From contig SKSD01000056.1 of assembly GCA_007118145.1 (NCBI GenBank), forward strand, positions 19,851 through 83,850: 64,000 nucleotides of DNA. Reading direction: 5' to 3'. Under the pieces are notes generated by a model. It ran no database searches. It worked only from the letters and a program-made list of their open reading frames with translations, and was not told where the DNA came from. Shown in pieces: positions 62,700-64,000 of this stretch. Position 1 is the first letter of the stretch; every line of letters begins with the position of its first letter. Source of the DNA: Halobacteriales archaeon. Its GTDB lineage: Archaea > Halobacteriota > Halobacteria > Halobacteriales > SKSH01. Made by a program: the position numbers and the translations under genes.

Positions 62700-64000
62700 A
62701 TGGCTGTCGATGTTGCATTGTCGCTCGATCTCGCCATCATCCTCTTGGCAGCCACGGTTGCAGGTTTTCTCGCCAGACAGACCGGCCAACCGACCATCAT
62801 CGCCTATATCATCGCTGGCGTCGTGATCGGTCCAGTCGCCCTCGGGCTTGTCGAGGTGACCGAACTCACAGAGACACTGGCTGAACTCGGTCTCGCGTTC
62901 TTACTCTTCTTACTCGGTATCAAGATGCGTATCGACGAGGTCAAGCATATCCTCGCACCCATCGTCAAGATCTCGTTACCGCAGATGGTAGCGGTAGCGG
63001 CGGTCGGGTTTGGTATATCGTACCTCCTCGGGTTCGGCATTGTCGAGTCGATTATCATCGGCCTGGCGGTCATGTACAGCTCGACCGCGGTCGTCATCAA
63101 GATGCTCAACGATATGGGCGAGGCGACCACGCTCCACGGTAAGATCGATGTCGGGGTGTTGCTGGCACAGGACATCGTCGTCGTCATCCTCCTCGCCGTA
63201 CTGGCAGCGGGTAGACCAGAGAGTGCAGTTGAGGTGGCGACAACGCTGGCCGTTGTATTGACCCTCGTGGCGATCATCACAGTCGCCGCCCTCGCGGCAT
63301 CGAAATATGCCCTCCCGGAGGTGTTCCGACGTGTTGCAGATAACAAACAGATCTTCTTCCTCGTCGCCATCTCGTGGGCATTCCTCTTCGTCTTCGTCTC
63401 TGACGAGATCAACCTCTTCCTCGAACCGTTCGGTATGCAGGCGTACCTATCGATAGAGATGGGAGCGTTCCTCGCCGGGTTGGCAATCGCTCAGTTGCCA
63501 TACAGCAAGGACCTCAAGGACAGGGTCAACCCACTGACCGACCTGTTCGTGATGATCTTCTTCGTGTCGGTCGCCCTGCGGCTTGATGCGGAGCAGTTAC
63601 TCTTCTACTGGGAGGAGGCGGTCATCGCGGCGGTCGTCTTGATAATCGCAAAGTTCGTCATTTTCTTCGCACTCATCAGCTGGCAGCGATTCGACAGCGA
63701 GACGACGTTCCTCGGGAGTCTCTACATGATCCAGGTGAGCGAGTTCGGAATCGTTGTCGGGGTAGCGGCACTGCAGGGCGATTTCATCGACGTTGAGGTG
63801 CTCGGGTTTCTCACACTTGTGGCGCTCCTCTCGATGAGTGTCTCAGTCTACTTCTTCGAGTTCGGTGATCGACTGTATCGCCTCAGCGACCCGTATCTAT
63901 CGCGATTCGAGGCCGAGGAGACGTTCACCGAGGACGAACGAGTGTACGACGGTCACGCTATCGTCATCGGTTTTGATGACATCACGCGTAACGTCCTGGC
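62700..64000 (+). CDS. Kef-type cation:proton antiporter (CPA2) with the start of a C-terminal RCK domain (partial; runs off the window)
   Basis: Absent from the track because it is edge-truncated. I translated it by hand from the ATG at 62700: MAVDVALSLDLAIILLAATVAGFLARQTGQPTIIAYIIAGVVIGP... with no stop through 64000, ending ...HAIVIGFDDITRNVL. Confidence 0.8.
   Translation, partial: MAVDVALSLDLAIILLAATVAGFLARQTGQPTIIAYIIAGVVIGPVALGLVEVTELTETLAELGLAFLLFLLGIKMRIDEVKHILAPIVKISLPQMVAVAAVGFGISYLLGFGIVESIIIGLAVMYSSTAVVIKMLNDMGEATTLHGKIDVGVLLAQDIVVVILLAVLAAGRPESAVEVATTLAVVLTLVAIITVAALAASKYALPEVFRRVADNKQIFFLVAISWAFLFVFVSDEINLFLEPFGMQAYLSIEMGAFLAGLAIAQLPYSKDLKDRVNPLTDLFVMIFFVSVALRLDAEQLLFYWEEAVIAAVVLIIAKFVIFFALISWQRFDSETTFLGSLYMIQVSEFGIVVGVAALQGDFIDVEVLGFLTLVALLSMSVSVYFFEFGDRLYRLSDPYLSRFEAEETFTEDERVYDGHAIVIGFDDITRNVL

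Noticed and set aside
62804-63412. 202-aa minus-strand ORF
   Set aside because: It is antisense to the edge-truncated Kef-type antiporter. I translated that gene without a stop from 62700 to 64000.

Overview
The window reads as a haloarchaeal (class Halobacteria) chromosomal segment. Evidence: about 60% GC, strongly acidic proteins, many twin-arginine (Tat) lipoproteins, and CetZ, HalOD1, Bat-type HTH and archaeosine genes. I can support about 75 genes.

Recognisable blocks:
- Archaeosine tRNA-modification cluster (tgtA-arcS-HAD-RaSEA).
- Purine genes (purQ, purS, purC).
- F420/FO genes (cofH, cofG, cofC).
- A CetZ tubulin homologue.
- A solitary copper nitrite reductase (nirK) and tmk.
- TrkA flanked by two stand-alone RAM-domain genes.
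- arsR-arsM, and a second ArsR with a tandem SRPBCC protein.
- Three tRNAs: Pro-CGG, Leu-UAA, Gly-GCC.
- A Kef-type antiporter running off the 3' edge.

Most unusual region (44.0-55.3 kb): an NrfC/NrfD-like pair with no catalytic subunit sits next to a three-repeat Tat lipoprotein, an HTH protein and a NitT/TauT-type ABC transporter. The transporter's ATPase is on the opposite strand, co-oriented with CoxG, a signal-less four-Ig-like-repeat protein and a Tat-exported lipoprotein carrying two plant-type [2Fe-2S] domains. I cannot assign this block to any described pathway.

At least four genes look disrupted: one by a nonsense codon, one by a frameshift in a homopolymer run, one by a single-base frameshift in non-repetitive sequence, and one by multiple lesions including a homopolymer frameshift. 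I found no CRISPR array, integrase or transposase.

All calls rest on reading the sequence and ORF translations by eye. No database search was run.
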